Shown here in pieces: positions 47,601 through 47,799 of a stretch of 47,799 nucleotides of DNA. Below the pieces are notes generated by a model. That model searched no databases and was not told the DNA's origin. It saw only the letters and a program-made list of their open reading frames with translations. The position numbers were made by a program, and so were the translations under genes. Source of the DNA: Nemertoderma westbladi (lineage: Eukaryota; Animalia; Xenacoelomorpha). The stretch covers positions 1 through 47,799 of the forward strand of contig JAUCBJ010007106.1 in the NCBI GenBank assembly GCA_032718475.1. Reading direction: 5' to 3'. Within the stretch, counting starts at the first letter, position 1, and the number at the start of each line of letters is the position of its first letter.

Positions 47601-47724
47601 TATCTCTAGTTGAACGCTGGCTTCTCGCCCAATCGATCTGGTGTTCTTCCACAGCGATCAATAACCTAGTGAGTACGGCTGCAGGAAGGATGAGAAGGGG
47701 ATCCGAATAAACCTCATCCGTCAT
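41518..47724 (-). CDS. BEL/Pao Gag-protease-RT-RNase H polyprotein
   Basis: 2068 aa: KFNGD..W capsid region, three zinc knuckles (CALC..H..C, CYNC..H..C, CAKC..HH..LH), ALLDSGS protease, RVVFDGS/YMDD RT, FDPLG, LHVFGDAS, PRAEL and NPADIASRG. Confidence 0.95.
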   Translation of the reverse strand: MTDEVYSDPLLILPAAVLTRLLIAVEEHQIDWARSQRSTRDSYAGYTREELKSMVESQWNFPGPGLPFDLSEAAWEDIHRMGVAKETIDPAVWKRSAAGYAQGFFSSIERLKEQLFQQPQGPQEQGLLLYQVRERILRIRLILSAFEEASKRRQDTSLQVAVKTWFQRVSLQVQGTAQWKAQLEERSTHGESTDATFSQVESEATAEKPHKRDAIDIYLSDYQRFLGDDELRRRLEGLSPNSEGTKFVLDAIDVEMRAANQAKFDEQLRITRVQEEQIKKKRIEDRKATAVAAAVAAAEVETKAAAAVAAAEAKAAVAAAKAAAEAETIAAAAVAAAEAKAAVAAAKAAAEAETKAAAAVAAAEAKAAAEAVAVAERKAAEAVAEAERRATEETTQLELENIQENQDCINKQLTASNMQMMNRSTPKRQGYTSSEEGDTTDTEGKGNRSRLSRRKRTFHRQKLPDLPPAVRRQLNNTNLGSTEPTDQIIKIERLPTIVNEPEIIRPVLEITPSVIDTPVLPETTSKFPLHSTKLPVPRRIAQGTVQVLDSERNIHNLSPVVPRPPATTLATPASAVEWVDERRRGMDILLGQMQETVQQFKGTVRESRLELQEVQQSIALERDKLVNTQKGIPPPSVTMCQPVRSEVSHAQGVEPTRIYTASEVETPIVNPIKGNYRPVDNDIPYRPDHNPRNLYTDNSILNNTMAQESFTRQMARTEARQAVKVGEIVKFNGDEMKWLPFNEYYKDNIQNSVLSNGEKLRYLIECLEGSPKLMALKFIGHPDGLRQVWDTLNIRYGNRNNIAKYLYAKLVAPRKFISSGIIEFSDEIQEICRQLDWLGKSHEYQSSMVIGAVASTLPKGGVGTRWDKKVLYMMEQQRRDPTMTDLMSFLDGEVKLQLLKQSREKTPENKVSEKPFSRRKVTPVCYTDDGESQTSQGEDSGKDTDRSYYVNKMPKDQVSKFKSRANDRREQVRKTPPTSPKRIQVRKPEEKASVHNVTQNKVSNIKPKCALCDGIHHLNRCDEFLKKSLTERREVMWDKRLCYNCLRQGHQRRTCFSDIRCAKCGAKHHILLHAEFDRNSPNQVSDSELHVQFSDVNDTDQSEMEGFYTDEFSDENESCYMINTAVYRALTYEKDTDNDFTLTTSERQPSWKEPSSNVGIREFPVVQVRVHGPERSYVVNALLDSGSTGTFIDKELAEDIFAGQPKFQTKLNMSGIMQVWKSTITADYYVGALSTPQDELGEHSIRSVKMVAIKNFATTQADLYNWDEDESIQHLNIPRFQTDYPGVQILIGQNAHEALETLEKRPAQPQPLQTYAVRARVGWYFTGPSRRTLRERLPQERVCQMSEWEDDTSEGDDSTEGIPHSSDNDDVHQLFDEENTIDLLKENETWQNQVNLCQLLYQSEREAYNDELNDVIERCNAKIRDEHAVRFFTQEAVEPNSYDKALSVEEERAKQIQETTTRFLKDQGRYEVGLPFRKKEPKFINNRPLAEKRIAQLHRRLTANSSAKAMYQTQLEKFISKGYAERVPEETPVTERTYYLTHHYVPKPGKPHEVRVVFDGSALYMGQSLNSELLPGPNLLQSLLGILLRLRQYSIAFASDIEGMFLQVKVLDRDRDSLRFLWWPERDLNQKPVEYWMTIQAFGIISSPSNACSVVRTTAEDNREAFSKEVIDNIKRDIYMDDNLKSLPSVEEAIEVAKGTVECLKRGGFRLTKFTSNSREFLESIPAEDRGAKDLDLIKDDLPETKTLGLKWDTERDILFFQLKQRDNPVRTKRICLSILSTYFDPLGFISPVILIARSLVQQMWLENHSWDDPLKGELLKKWMEWEDSLPAIEDFIISRSYFGHVLPTYSYQLHVFGDASDMGIGIVAYLRVETPHGIKVALVTSKALINNKLKVPRAELKAALYATAIGRNVTEQIDYPLEKTVYWTEALLVLEYITNEVCQFSVFVTNRVAIILSRTTIDQWRHCPGTINPADIASRGATPKELVNTPEWLGGPDFLYREEEEWPPHLTTAEIRQAKGAEKVKPKTRASKSKLFKPAVDLSVLFTSGEDALDQKPTATTKSVGNP
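46622..46862. repeat. 78-bp coding tandem repeat (Ala-rich, 26 aa) in BEL Gag
   Basis: AAAAVAAAEAKAAVAAAKAAAEAETK repeated about 3 times. Confidence 0.9.
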
Positions 47725-47799
47725 CCTTGCTCCGCGTTCGGGTGTCAGTTCTACCGTATCTTCACTACTGGAGCTATCGGGCCGTTGAGAAGTAAGTTC

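Overview
AT-rich eukaryotic DNA, most likely a marine invertebrate (inferred from the TE repertoire), made almost entirely of nested transposable elements; no intact host gene is recognisable. Left to right: a low-complexity Gag-like ORF (137-2497, -); an intronless, stop-interrupted Bcl-2-like pseudogene (3182-3601, -); a hAT-type MITE; a cluster of RTE and L2 LINE fragments with a tRNA-SINE; a 68-bp satellite interrupted by a full-length RTE LINE with TSD; a CR1-type LINE with a 2A-like DIETNPGP motif and PHD finger; Harbinger-like, mariner-like and Helentron-like non-autonomous elements; decayed ORFs of unknown origin; a complete 5.06-kb IS3EU-type DNA transposon; and a BEL/Pao LTR retrotransposon whose putative 3' LTR is split by a Tc1/mariner MITE. 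The standout is the IS3EU-type element (about 50-bp TIRs, 6-bp TSD), which carries a DDE transposase, a convergent HECT E3 ubiquitin ligase gene and a tRNA-Ala-derived structured sequence between them. Both of its genes are frameshifted by the same 5-bp TACAGTA insertion, which resembles a Tc1/mariner excision footprint. All family assignments come from motif recognition by eye, not database searches.
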